32,279 nucleotides of DNA, from assembly GCA_031278495.1 (NCBI GenBank), contig JAITKG010000001.1:1-32279 (forward strand). Reading direction: 5' to 3'. Position numbers and translations under genes: made by a program. This DNA is from Prevotellaceae bacterium. Lineage in GTDB: Bacteria; Bacteroidota; Bacteroidia; Bacteroidales; UBA932. Positions 15,166-22,841 of the stretch are shown here, one piece after another. The notes beneath the pieces are model-generated. The model searched no databases and had not been told where the DNA came from. It was given only the letters and a program-made list of their open reading frames with translations. Positions within the stretch are counted from its first letter, which is position 1. Each line of letters starts with the position of its first letter.

Positions 15166-15845
15166 CCATCGTGTTCTGTGAAGCTATAAAAATGGTTGCC
15201 GGCAATGATGATGTGGTCTAAAAATTTAATATCAAGTAAGGCGGCGGCTTGCTGCACTTGCCTGGTCAGGCGCAGGTCTTCGGCGCTGGGTTGCGCATTG
15301 CCCGACGGGTGGTTATGCACCAGGATAATTCCCGGCGCTAATTTTTCGAGCGCCTGTTTGAGGATAATTCGCGTGTCGGCAGTGGTGGCGTGAATACCGC
15401 CCTGGCTGATTTTAATGCGCTCTATCACACGGTTGGCGCGGTTCAGCAGCAACAACCACATTTCTTCATGCGGCAGGTCTGCCAATAGCGGCGACATCAA
15501 TCGCATCACGTCTTCAGCCGACCGTACCTCTGTGCGCGGCATTGCCTCCGTAGCGGCGCGCCGGCGTCCCAGTTCCAGTGCGGCAAGCAAGGTGACGGCT
15601 TTGGTAGCGCCGATGCCTTTTATTTTTTGCAGTTGGGTACGTTCAATTCTTCCCAGTTCGTTCAGGTTGTTGCCCGACAAGGCAAGCACCCGTTGCGCCA
15701 CTTCCATCGCCGTTTCGGAGCGCGTGCCGGAACGCAGCAAAATAGCAATCAATTCCGCATTGGTAAGCGTGGCTGCGCCTTTGGCTATCATTTTTTCGCG
15801 CGGACGGTCGTCAGGGCTCAGGTCTTTTATTTTCAGGAAGCTCAT
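15144..15845 (-). CDS. radC: RadC-family JAB/MPN domain protein
   Basis: MSFLKIKDLSPDDRPREKMIAKGAATLTNAELIAILLRSGT (typical RadC N-terminus), a helix-hairpin-helix region, and the HNHPSG JAMM motif. ATG at 15843-15845 is preferred; the ORF-track start at 15869 is a TTG. Confidence 0.9.
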   Translation of the reverse strand: MSFLKIKDLSPDDRPREKMIAKGAATLTNAELIAILLRSGTRSETAMEVAQRVLALSGNNLNELGRIERTQLQKIKGIGATKAVTLLAALELGRRRAATEAMPRTEVRSAEDVMRLMSPLLADLPHEEMWLLLLNRANRVIERIKISQGGIHATTADTRIILKQALEKLAPGIILVHNHPSGNAQPSAEDLRLTRQVQQAAALLDIKFLDHIIIAGNHFYSFTEHDGESEIKH

Positions 15846-15858
15846 GACAATTTTTTTA

Positions 15859-15866
15859 CAAAAATA
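15859..15866 (-). promoter_or_regulatory. Candidate -7 box TATTTTTG for radC
   Basis: Exact TAnnTTTG on the minus strand, with 13 nt between the box and the ATG at 15845. Confidence 0.4.
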
Positions 15867-15967
15867 CAAATTTTTAGTCGTAAGGCATGAAGTACGAAAC
15901 GTAAAGTGTAAGTCATAAGTCGTAATAAGCCGACCGGCACGGCGCGCAAGGCGGAACGCCGAAGGGG

Positions 15968-16128
15968 CAATTGAAAGTTGAAAGTTGAAAGTTGAAAGTT
16001 GAAAGTGGTTGCCGCGCCAGCCTCATCTCCACATTTCCACATCTTCTCATATTCACATCAACTGCCGGCGCCAGCCACATCTTCACATCATCACATCTCC
16101 ACATCTTCACTTCTTCACATTAGCCTGC
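15968..16128 (-). repeat. Tripartite word-repeat element, copy B (inverted relative to copy A)
   Basis: The reverse complement reads GCAGGCTAATGTG-(AAGATGTG-type octamers x5)-GCTGGCGCCGGC-AGTTGATGTG-(octamers x4)-GCTGGCGCGGCAACC-(ACTTTCA x5). Order and linkers match 2691-2832. Confidence 0.85.
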
Positions 16129-16175
16129 TTAATCGCTATTTCGACATGCTTTTTTCCACATTGAACTATTTTCAG

Positions 16176-16183
16176 TAAATTTG
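16176..16183 (+). promoter_or_regulatory. Candidate -7 box TAAATTTG for the DUF2723-sufC operon
   Basis: Exact TAnnTTTG, with 29 nt between the box and the ATG at 16213. Confidence 0.4.
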
Positions 16184-16212
16184 CAGGGTTAAATATCAAC
16201 CATACATTACAA

Positions 16213-19200
16213 ATGAACAATTTTAAACGCCTTAATAATTTAACCGGTTGGGTCGTGTTTGCCGTAGCCGCCGTTACTTACCTCCTGACGATTGAACCTA
16301 CCACGAGTTTTTGGGACTGTGGCGAATTTATAGCCTCTTCCTATAAGCTGGAAGTCGGGCATCCGCCGGGAAATCCTTTATTCCAAATGCTCGGGCGGCT
16401 GTTCAGCATGTTCGTGGCAAAAGAACATGCCGCCATGATGATCAATTCCATGAGCGCCCTGTGCAGTGCGTTTACTATCCTGTTCCTTTTCTGGACGATT
16501 ACGCACCTTGCGCGCCGCCTTATGGAGCGCGGCAAAGAAACGGCTTTAACGCAAGGCAACGGTATTGCTGTCCTCTGCGCTGGGGCGGTCGGGGCGTTGG
16601 CTTATACATTTTCCGATACATTCTGGTTCTCGGCGGTGGAAGCGGAAGTATATGCGCTGTCGTCGCTGTTTACGGCGGTGGTGTTCTGGGCGATTTTGCG
16701 GTGGGAAGAAGAAGCCGGTAAAAAATATGCCAACCGGTGGCTGGCGCTTATTATTTACCTGATGGGATTGTCCATTGGCGTACACCTGTTGAATTTACTG
16801 GCGCTCCCGGCGATTGTGCTGGTATATTATTTCAAAAAATATCCTGTTTCCTTTTGGGGCATTGTGTTTTCTTTGGTGATATCGGTATTGTTGCTGGCTT
16901 TCGCCATGTGGCTTATACCGGCATTGCCGCATATGGCGGGCTTTGTAGACCGGATATTTGTGAACAGTTTCGGGCTGCCGTTTAATTCGGGCGCGGTGTT
17001 CTTTGTGTTTGCGCTGTTTGCGCTGCTGGCATGGGTTATTTATTATACGCATCAAAAGAAAAAATATTTTTTAAATACGGTGGCGCTTTGCTTCACGATG
17101 TTTGTAATCGGTTTCACTTCGTTTGCCATGGTGGTTATCCGCTCGTCGGCAAGTACGCCTACCAACGAAAACCAGCCGGATAATGCGTATTCATTGCTTT
17201 ATTACCTCAACCGCGAACAGTACGGCAGCGTTCCGTTGCTCTCGGGACCTTCCTTCGCCACGCCCCCCATTGCGAGGAAAGAAAATAATAAATACGTTAA
17301 ATATAACGGCAAATACGTACAAAAGCAAGGCTCTGTCACCGAGTATGAATTTGACGACCGTTACACCATGTTTTTCCCGCGCATGCACAGCCGCCAGCCG
17401 GGACACATCGCGCATTACCAGCAATACATCAGCGGACGCGGAAAAACGGTGCCGTCTATGGAACGGGATGGCGAAGTAGAATACCTGCCAACCTTCCGCG
17501 AAAACCTTACCTACTTTTTCGACTACCAGTTAGGGTGGATGTACTGGCGGTATTTTATGTGGAACTTTGCAGGACGGCAAAATGATATACAGGGGCATGG
17601 CAACAGTTTTCACGGCAACTGGGAATGCGGTATCCCCTTTATCGACAAGGCGCGGCTGGGGAATATCGACGAAATGCCGCCCTATTTAGCCAACCACAAA
17701 GCACGCAACCATTATTACCTGTTGCCTTTGTTACTGGGTTTGGCAGGGCTTTTCTACCAGTTGAAAAAAGACAAAAAGAATTTTTCCGTCATTGCCACCT
17801 TGTTTATCCTTACCGGCGTCGCCATTGTGGTATACCTTAACCAAACGCCGAACCAGCCGCGCGAACGCGACTATGCCTATGCCGGTTCATTCTATGCTTT
17901 CACCATTTGGATTGGCTTGGGCGTGCTGGCGGTATATGAACTGTTCCGCAAAAAAATCCCGGCGGTGGCGGCAGCCGCAGTCGCCGGCGGATTATGCGTC
18001 CTTATACCCGTGCAAATGGGCGCCGTCAACTGGGACGACCACAACCGCAGCAACCGCTACACGGCGCGCGACGTAGCCTACAATTATCTCATGTCTTGCG
18101 AAAAAAATGCGCTGATTATTACCGTCGGCGACAACGACACTTTCCCCCTTTGGTACATTCAGGAAGTGGAAGGCGTGCGTACCGATGTGCGTGTCGTGAA
18201 CACCAGTTTGCTGAGCGCCGACTGGTATATCGACCAAATGCGCATCCGGCAATACGATTCGCCGCCGCTGCCGATTAAAATAGCCCGCGAAAATTACCTC
18301 GCCGGGACAAATGATCATGTATGGATAAATGAACAAATCACCCGCACGGTAAATATGAAGGAAGTTACGGCAGGCGGGAAAGTATACTCGCCGCCGCGAA
18401 ACCTGATACTGCCGGTGAATAAGGAAAATGTCTTGAAAAACGGTACCGTGCGCTTCCGGGAAACAACCATTCCCGAAATGGATACGTTTAGCATAGCGGC
18501 TACCATACATGAGGACGACCTCCATAAAATCCCCGACGCTATCACGATTACTATCCCGAAAACAGTAGACGGCGAATCGAAAAACGCCATCACAAAAACC
18601 GAGATGGCGCTCCTGGATATACTCGCAAATAACGATTGGGAGCGTCCCATCTATTTTGTTTCGCTGGGAGGCGACGTTGATTTGGGATTGCGCGACTACC
18701 TGCAATACGACGGCTTTGCCCACCGGTTAACGCCTTTCCGCAATGCCTCATTAACGAATAAACCGGATATTATAACAGCCTACGACCGGCTAAAAAACGT
18801 GTACCGCTGGGGCAACATTAACCGCCCGGATATATGGATTGACTATAACACTTTCCTTTCTCTGACCGCTATTTTGAACGTCCGGAATATGCACGTGGAA
18901 ACCGCTGAAGCCTTGCTTTCGATAGGCGAAAAAGAAAAAGCCATTGAAATACTCGACCTCGCTACGGAACGCATGCCCGATGAAATATTCCCCTATTGCA
19001 TGTCTTCCCTGCAAAGCGACGCAACGATCGTAAACCTTATTGAACAATACTACGCCGCAGGCGACAGCGTCAAAGCGGATGCCATAGCAAAACGCTTTAT
19101 AAAAGAAGCCGACGAAAACCTGTTCTTCTACACCCGCGCAAAGAGCGGCGGGGAACGAGAAATAGATTACACGTTGCAAATTTTGAATTACCTGGCGTCC

Positions 19201-19347
19201 GTCTGTTATTCTTCCGGGCACACGGAACTGAGTATGGCTTCGCAAAAAGTATGGCTCGACTACCTGAAATACCTGCGCGACAGGAAACCCTACCTCTTTA
19301 CCCTGTTAAAACAAAAATACCGGCTGGAAGACGACGAACTCAACTAA
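16213..19347 (+). CDS. DUF2723 / TMEM260-like GT-C fold membrane glycosyltransferase with a large C-terminal soluble (TPR-like) region
   Basis: 1044 aa. N-terminus LLTIEPTTSFWDCGEFIASSYKLEVGHPPGNPLFQML is the DUF2723 hallmark as I recall it. About 10 or more TM segments in the first ~600 aa. TAA at 19345-19347. Confidence 0.75.
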   Translation: MNNFKRLNNLTGWVVFAVAAVTYLLTIEPTTSFWDCGEFIASSYKLEVGHPPGNPLFQMLGRLFSMFVAKEHAAMMINSMSALCSAFTILFLFWTITHLARRLMERGKETALTQGNGIAVLCAGAVGALAYTFSDTFWFSAVEAEVYALSSLFTAVVFWAILRWEEEAGKKYANRWLALIIYLMGLSIGVHLLNLLALPAIVLVYYFKKYPVSFWGIVFSLVISVLLLAFAMWLIPALPHMAGFVDRIFVNSFGLPFNSGAVFFVFALFALLAWVIYYTHQKKKYFLNTVALCFTMFVIGFTSFAMVVIRSSASTPTNENQPDNAYSLLYYLNREQYGSVPLLSGPSFATPPIARKENNKYVKYNGKYVQKQGSVTEYEFDDRYTMFFPRMHSRQPGHIAHYQQYISGRGKTVPSMERDGEVEYLPTFRENLTYFFDYQLGWMYWRYFMWNFAGRQNDIQGHGNSFHGNWECGIPFIDKARLGNIDEMPPYLANHKARNHYYLLPLLLGLAGLFYQLKKDKKNFSVIATLFILTGVAIVVYLNQTPNQPRERDYAYAGSFYAFTIWIGLGVLAVYELFRKKIPAVAAAAVAGGLCVLIPVQMGAVNWDDHNRSNRYTARDVAYNYLMSCEKNALIITVGDNDTFPLWYIQEVEGVRTDVRVVNTSLLSADWYIDQMRIRQYDSPPLPIKIARENYLAGTNDHVWINEQITRTVNMKEVTAGGKVYSPPRNLILPVNKENVLKNGTVRFRETTIPEMDTFSIAATIHEDDLHKIPDAITITIPKTVDGESKNAITKTEMALLDILANNDWERPIYFVSLGGDVDLGLRDYLQYDGFAHRLTPFRNASLTNKPDIITAYDRLKNVYRWGNINRPDIWIDYNTFLSLTAILNVRNMHVETAEALLSIGEKEKAIEILDLATERMPDEIFPYCMSSLQSDATIVNLIEQYYAAGDSVKADAIAKRFIKEADENLFFYTRAKSGGEREIDYTLQILNYLASVCYSSGHTELSMASQKVWLDYLKYLRDRKPYLFTLLKQKYRLEDDELN

Positions 19348-19364
19348 TCCCCGCAAAACGCAGT

Positions 19365-20105
19365 ATGTTATTAGAAATAAAAAATCTTCATGCCGGCATT
19401 GGCGGAAAAGAAATCCTGAAAGGAATTAACCTCTCAATTCATGCGGGTGAAGTGCATGCCATCATGGGACCGAACGGTTCGGGAAAAAGCACCCTCGCGG
19501 CGGTGCTGGCAGGGCGCGACACGTTCACCGTTACCAACGGCGAAGTGCTGTTCAATGGGAAAAACCTGCTGGCGTTGCCCCCCGAAGAACGCTCGCACGA
19601 AGGGCTGTTTCTCGGATTTCAATACCCTGTGGAAATTCCGGGCGTAATAAATGTGAACTTTATGAAAACGGCGGTCAATGAACACCGCAAACATAAAAAC
19701 CTTCCCCCTCTTTCGGCGGCGGAATATTTAAAACTCATGCGCGAGAAAATGGCGATTGTCGAAATGGACCCTACCTTTTCGGCACGCGGCGTGAATGTAG
19801 GCTTTTCGGGCGGCGAAAAAAAACGCAATGAAATTTTCCAGTTAGCGATGCTCGATCCTACCCTCGCCATCCTCGACGAAACCGACAGCGGGCTCGATGT
19901 TGACGCCTTGCGCATCGTCGCCGGCGGCGTTAATAAATTGAAACGTCCCGGCAATTCCTTTATCGTCATCACCCACTACCAGCGCCTGCTCGACTACATC
20001 GTACCCGACGTCGTGCATGTCTTGTACGACGGGCGCATCATCAAAACCGCCGGCAAAGAACTGGCGTTCGAAGTCGAACAAAAAGGATACGACTGGCTGA
20101 AATAA
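19365..20105 (+). CDS. sufC: Fe-S cluster assembly ATPase SufC
   Basis: MLLEIKNLHAGIGGKEILKGINLSIHAGEVHAIMGPNGSGKSTL (Walker A), FQYPVEIPGV, VNVGFSGGEKKRNEI (signature), LAILDETDSGLD (Walker B), ITHYQRLLDYI and GYDWL. Collinear with E. coli SufC as I recall it. The ATG at 19365 is preferred over the ORF-track start at 19251, which overlaps the upstream gene. Confidence 0.9.
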   Translation: MLLEIKNLHAGIGGKEILKGINLSIHAGEVHAIMGPNGSGKSTLAAVLAGRDTFTVTNGEVLFNGKNLLALPPEERSHEGLFLGFQYPVEIPGVINVNFMKTAVNEHRKHKNLPPLSAAEYLKLMREKMAIVEMDPTFSARGVNVGFSGGEKKRNEIFQLAMLDPTLAILDETDSGLDVDALRIVAGGVNKLKRPGNSFIVITHYQRLLDYIVPDVVHVLYDGRIIKTAGKELAFEVEQKGYDWLK

Positions 20106-20330
20106 TTTACGGGTTTACAGGTTTGGCTGACGCTGGAAAAATTAGGAATTAAGCTGACGCCGGAAAAGAAAAACGCTGACATGGAAACATGCCGGCGATT
20201 TTTTTGCATCGTTCAACCCGTAAAATTTTCCGGCATTAGCCAATTAGAAACCGGAACGCTCCTGCGGGGTAGTTTCCGGATATTATCCGGTAAAAATTTT
20301 CGTCCTTAATTTCAGTCATTTATCAATTTT

Positions 20331-20368
20331 TAAACTAAAAATTTAGTTTAAACTAAATTTTTAGTTTA
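20331..20368. promoter_or_regulatory. Perfect 38-bp palindrome made of two tandem 18-bp dyads (AAACTAAA-NN-TTTAGTTT); candidate BlaI-family operator
   Basis: The reverse complement of 20331-20368 equals itself (verified by hand). It overlaps the -7 box and ends 23 nt upstream of the blaI ATG. Confidence 0.6.
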
Positions 20369-20374
20369 TCTTTG
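20367..20374 (+). promoter_or_regulatory. Candidate -7 box TATCTTTG for blaI-blaR1
   Basis: Exact TAnnTTTG, with 17 nt between the box and the ATG at 20392. Confidence 0.45.
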
Positions 20375-20391
20375 TAAAAAATTTAATCATC

Positions 20392-20799
20392 ATGAAAAAG
20401 AACATTGAACTGACCAAAGCCGAAAGCGAAGTGATGCACCTCCTCTGGAACAAAGGCGAGGCGTTGGTGCAAGACCTCGTGGCGGAAATGCCCAACCCCA
20501 AACCGGCGTATAATACGGTGTCCACCATTGTGCGTATTTTAGAACAGAAAGGCGTCGTCGGGCACAGGGCGCACGGCCGTTCCCACCACTATTATCCGTT
20601 AATAAAAAAAGAAAAATATGCGCGCGGCTACATGAAAGAAGTAATGCATAATTTCTTCGGAAACTCCGTGCCGGAAATGGTTTCCTTCTTTACCCAACAG
20701 GAAAACCTCTCGGTGAAAGAACTGGAAGCCATAAAGCAAGTCGTCGAAAAAGAACTGCACGAAAAGAAAACAACCAACCTGCAAAAAAGGAGGAAATAA
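20392..20799 (+). CDS. blaI: BlaI/MecI/CopY-family winged-helix transcriptional repressor
   Basis: 135 aa. LTKAESEVMHLLWNKGEALVQDLVAEM...AYNTVSTIVRILEQKGVV is the typical Penicillinase_R pattern. Directly followed by an M56 sensor-protease gene (2-nt spacer). Confidence 0.85.
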   Translation: MKKNIELTKAESEVMHLLWNKGEALVQDLVAEMPNPKPAYNTVSTIVRILEQKGVVGHRAHGRSHHYYPLIKKEKYARGYMKEVMHNFFGNSVPEMVSFFTQQENLSVKELEAIKQVVEKELHEKKTTNLQKRRK

Positions 20800-20801
20800 T
20801 T

Positions 20802-22703
20802 ATGATTTTCCTGATGTATCTTTTGAAATCGGGCGTGTGTGCAGCTATCCTCTGGGTAGCTTACTACGCGCTGCTGCGCAAGGAAACGCATTTCGCGTTC
20901 AACCGGTTTTATTTACTGTCGGTCATTCCGCTCAGTAGTATTATCCCATGGCTGCGGTTGCCATTGCTGACGCCGGAAGAACCGTTGCCTCTTATAACGA
21001 TAGGAGAAATTTCTGCCGAACCGCTTGCTGCGCCTGCTACGCAAAGTTTTTCGTTTGCCACGCTGTTACTGGTTATTTATTTTTCAGGCGTTGGCTTTGT
21101 AGCTTTCCGTTTTTGCCGGCAGCTATACCGCATGCACCGCGTTATTGCGGCAAGCCGGTTTTCGGATACTAAAAATTATTCGGCGTTTACTTTTTTCAGG
21201 AAAATTTACATCAATAGAAGCACATTATCTGCCGGCGACTACGAGAAAATCCTGTGGCACGAACAGGTGCACGCCCGCCAATTGCACAGCGTGGATCTGG
21301 TTATTGCACAATTGTTTGTGACGCTTCAATGGTTTAACCCGTTTGCATGGTGTTTGAAAAAATCCATCGTTGCCACGCACGAATACCTTGCGGACGCGCA
21401 GGTATTGGCGCACGGCGTCGACGTCAATATATACCAAAAACTTTTATTCCACCAAACCACCGGCGTACATCCGGAATATGCCAATGGTTTCAGTTATTCA
21501 CTTACTAAAAAACGACTAATTATGATGACAAAAAACAACACAGGCAAATTTTTTGCCTTGAAACTATGTTGCATGCTACCCGCCATTGCCTTGCCGGTAG
21601 CCATGTTTGGACTCTCTACGGCGGATGCAAACCCGCCGGTAAATTTTGAAAAAGCAGCTGTTATGACTACGGCAAATGACACGCTTATTACTACATCAAC
21701 CGATAAGGATGCAAAAAGCGACGGTGTAGTTGTGATTACAATGAAATCGGGGGAAGTAATGGCTTTCGGCAGTAACGAACTGTCATCAATGGAAGCGTTA
21801 GCTCCCGACGATATACAGTCGATAACCGTAAGTAAACCCACTTCTGTGAAGACAACGACCGCCCCTTCCGTCGGTACGGGTAAAATCACAGTTGTAATGA
21901 AATCGGGGGAAACACGCGTCTTCGACGAGAATAATATCCAAGATTTGAATGCGTTTGTTACCGGCGATATACAGTCGATAACCATACAAAAGGATACTGT
22001 GGCGACTAAAAAATCAACATCGATTGAATATGTCCATAATGTCGGACAAATAGACGTTAACCCTGAATTTCCCGGCGGGATAGTCGCACTAATGAAGTTT
22101 ATTCAAGACAACCTGAAATACCCCAAAAAAGCAGCCGACAAAAAAACACAAGGTAGGGTAATCGTACAGTTCACGGTTAAGGCTAACGGCAATATTGATG
22201 ATGTAAAAGTGCTGAAAGGCGCCGATGCACTCTTGGACGAAGAAGCGGTGCGCATAGTAAAGACCATGCCGAAATGGAAGCCCGGCGAACATGAGGGGAA
22301 AGCGGTTGCGGTGAACTATCTTTTGCCCGTCATGTTTCAACTCAATAAAGACAAAGAAGCGGAGACAAAATACTTTAAGGTTTACAAGGTTTATCAAACC
22401 GATGCGGTAGATGAACAACCCCAATATCCCGGCGGAATGAACAATCTCATGGATTTTATTAAAGCCAATTTGAAATATCCCCAAGAAGCCGCCAAACAGA
22501 AAATACAAGGTAGGGTAACCGTACAATTTACTGTTAAAGACAATGGTACAATTGATAATGTAACCGTGCTAAAAAGCGTCAACCCGCTGCTGGATGCGGA
22601 AGCAGTGCGTTTGGTAAAATCCATGCCGAAATGGACGCCCGGTAAACATGAAGGGGAAGCGGTAGCTGTGCAATTTATTTTACCGATAACTTTCCGGCTT
22701 TAG
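20802..22703 (+). CDS. BlaR1-like M56 family membrane metallopeptidase fused to two tandem TonB C-terminal domains
   Basis: N-terminal TM segments and the HEQVH zinc motif (ILWHEQVHARQLHSVD, EYLAD). Two ~52-aa linker repeats (MKSGE..GDIQSIT). Two TonB_C-like modules (PEFPGG..GRVIVQFTV..NG.IDDVKVLK.. and PQYPGG..GRVTVQFTV..). Confidence 0.85.
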   Translation: MIFLMYLLKSGVCAAILWVAYYALLRKETHFAFNRFYLLSVIPLSSIIPWLRLPLLTPEEPLPLITIGEISAEPLAAPATQSFSFATLLLVIYFSGVGFVAFRFCRQLYRMHRVIAASRFSDTKNYSAFTFFRKIYINRSTLSAGDYEKILWHEQVHARQLHSVDLVIAQLFVTLQWFNPFAWCLKKSIVATHEYLADAQVLAHGVDVNIYQKLLFHQTTGVHPEYANGFSYSLTKKRLIMMTKNNTGKFFALKLCCMLPAIALPVAMFGLSTADANPPVNFEKAAVMTTANDTLITTSTDKDAKSDGVVVITMKSGEVMAFGSNELSSMEALAPDDIQSITVSKPTSVKTTTAPSVGTGKITVVMKSGETRVFDENNIQDLNAFVTGDIQSITIQKDTVATKKSTSIEYVHNVGQIDVNPEFPGGIVALMKFIQDNLKYPKKAADKKTQGRVIVQFTVKANGNIDDVKVLKGADALLDEEAVRIVKTMPKWKPGEHEGKAVAVNYLLPVMFQLNKDKEAETKYFKVYKVYQTDAVDEQPQYPGGMNNLMDFIKANLKYPQEAAKQKIQGRVTVQFTVKDNGTIDNVTVLKSVNPLLDAEAVRLVKSMPKWTPGKHEGEAVAVQFILPITFRL

Positions 22704-22720
22704 AAAGACAAAGAAGCGGA
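22053..22720 (+). repeat. Tandem 357-nt duplication (TonB C-terminal module), second copy running 17 nt past the stop codon
   Basis: Anchors recur at exactly +357: CCCGGCGG at 22071 and 22428, ATGCCGAAATGGA at 22266 and 22623, AAAGACAAAGAAGCGGA at 22347 and 22704. Confidence 0.85.
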
Positions 22721-22747
22721 AATGGAATAACCGCACGCTGTATGATG

Positions 22748-22783
22748 AAAAACCTGCTTTGATTTTTTTTGAAGCAGGTTTTT
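22748..22783 (+). terminator. Intrinsic terminator after blaR1
   Basis: AAAAACCTGCTT (22748-22759) pairs perfectly with AAGCAGGTTTTT (22772-22783): 12 bp with a 12-nt T-rich loop. The 3' arm ends in T5. Confidence 0.7.
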
Positions 22784-22841
22784 ACCTGTTATTTCGTAAT
22801 TTTATGTATCTTATTATTTGCCATGTCGCTACTGTCTGCAT

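Noticed and set aside
15415-15918. 167-aa plus-strand ORF
   Set aside because: Antisense to radC, Ser/Arg-rich. Judged spurious.
15842-16110. Small minus-strand ORFs (66 aa and 65 aa) with sequences such as MKMWRCDDVKMW and FNFQLSTFNFQL
   Set aside because: These are translations of the octamer and heptamer word arrays. The equivalent frame in copy A runs through the terminator hairpin. I treat them as non-coding unless many copies show codon-level conservation (see the copy B finding).
2691-16128. Composite transposon or genomic island bounded by the two inverted tripartite elements
   Set aside because: The 13-kb interior is mostly housekeeping (arg genes, proC, radC, nhaC) with host-like composition and no transposase or integrase. 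The only thing retained is the possibility of homologous inversion.
17992-18723. 243-aa minus-strand ORF
   Set aside because: Antisense inside the DUF2723 gene, with no recognisable motifs. Judged spurious.
19251-19364. N-terminal 38-codon extension of sufC in the ORF track
   Set aside because: It overlaps the end of the DUF2723 gene in another frame. The SufC homology begins exactly at MLLEIKNL (ATG at 19365).
20106-20330. Possible riboswitch or sRNA in the 286-nt sufC-blaI spacer
   Set aside because: Only weak, short hairpins (CCGGATATTATCCGG; CGCCGG...CCGGCG before a T7 run) and word repeats (GCTGACGC x3). Nothing matches a riboswitch class I can recognise. The T-run at 20199-20205 may be part of a weak sufC terminator, but the stem is unconvincing.
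22701-22703. Programmed read-through of the blaR1 TAG into the post-stop KDKEAEME segment
   Set aside because: The extension is only 8 codons before a TAA and adds no domain. It is more simply a relic of the tandem duplication.
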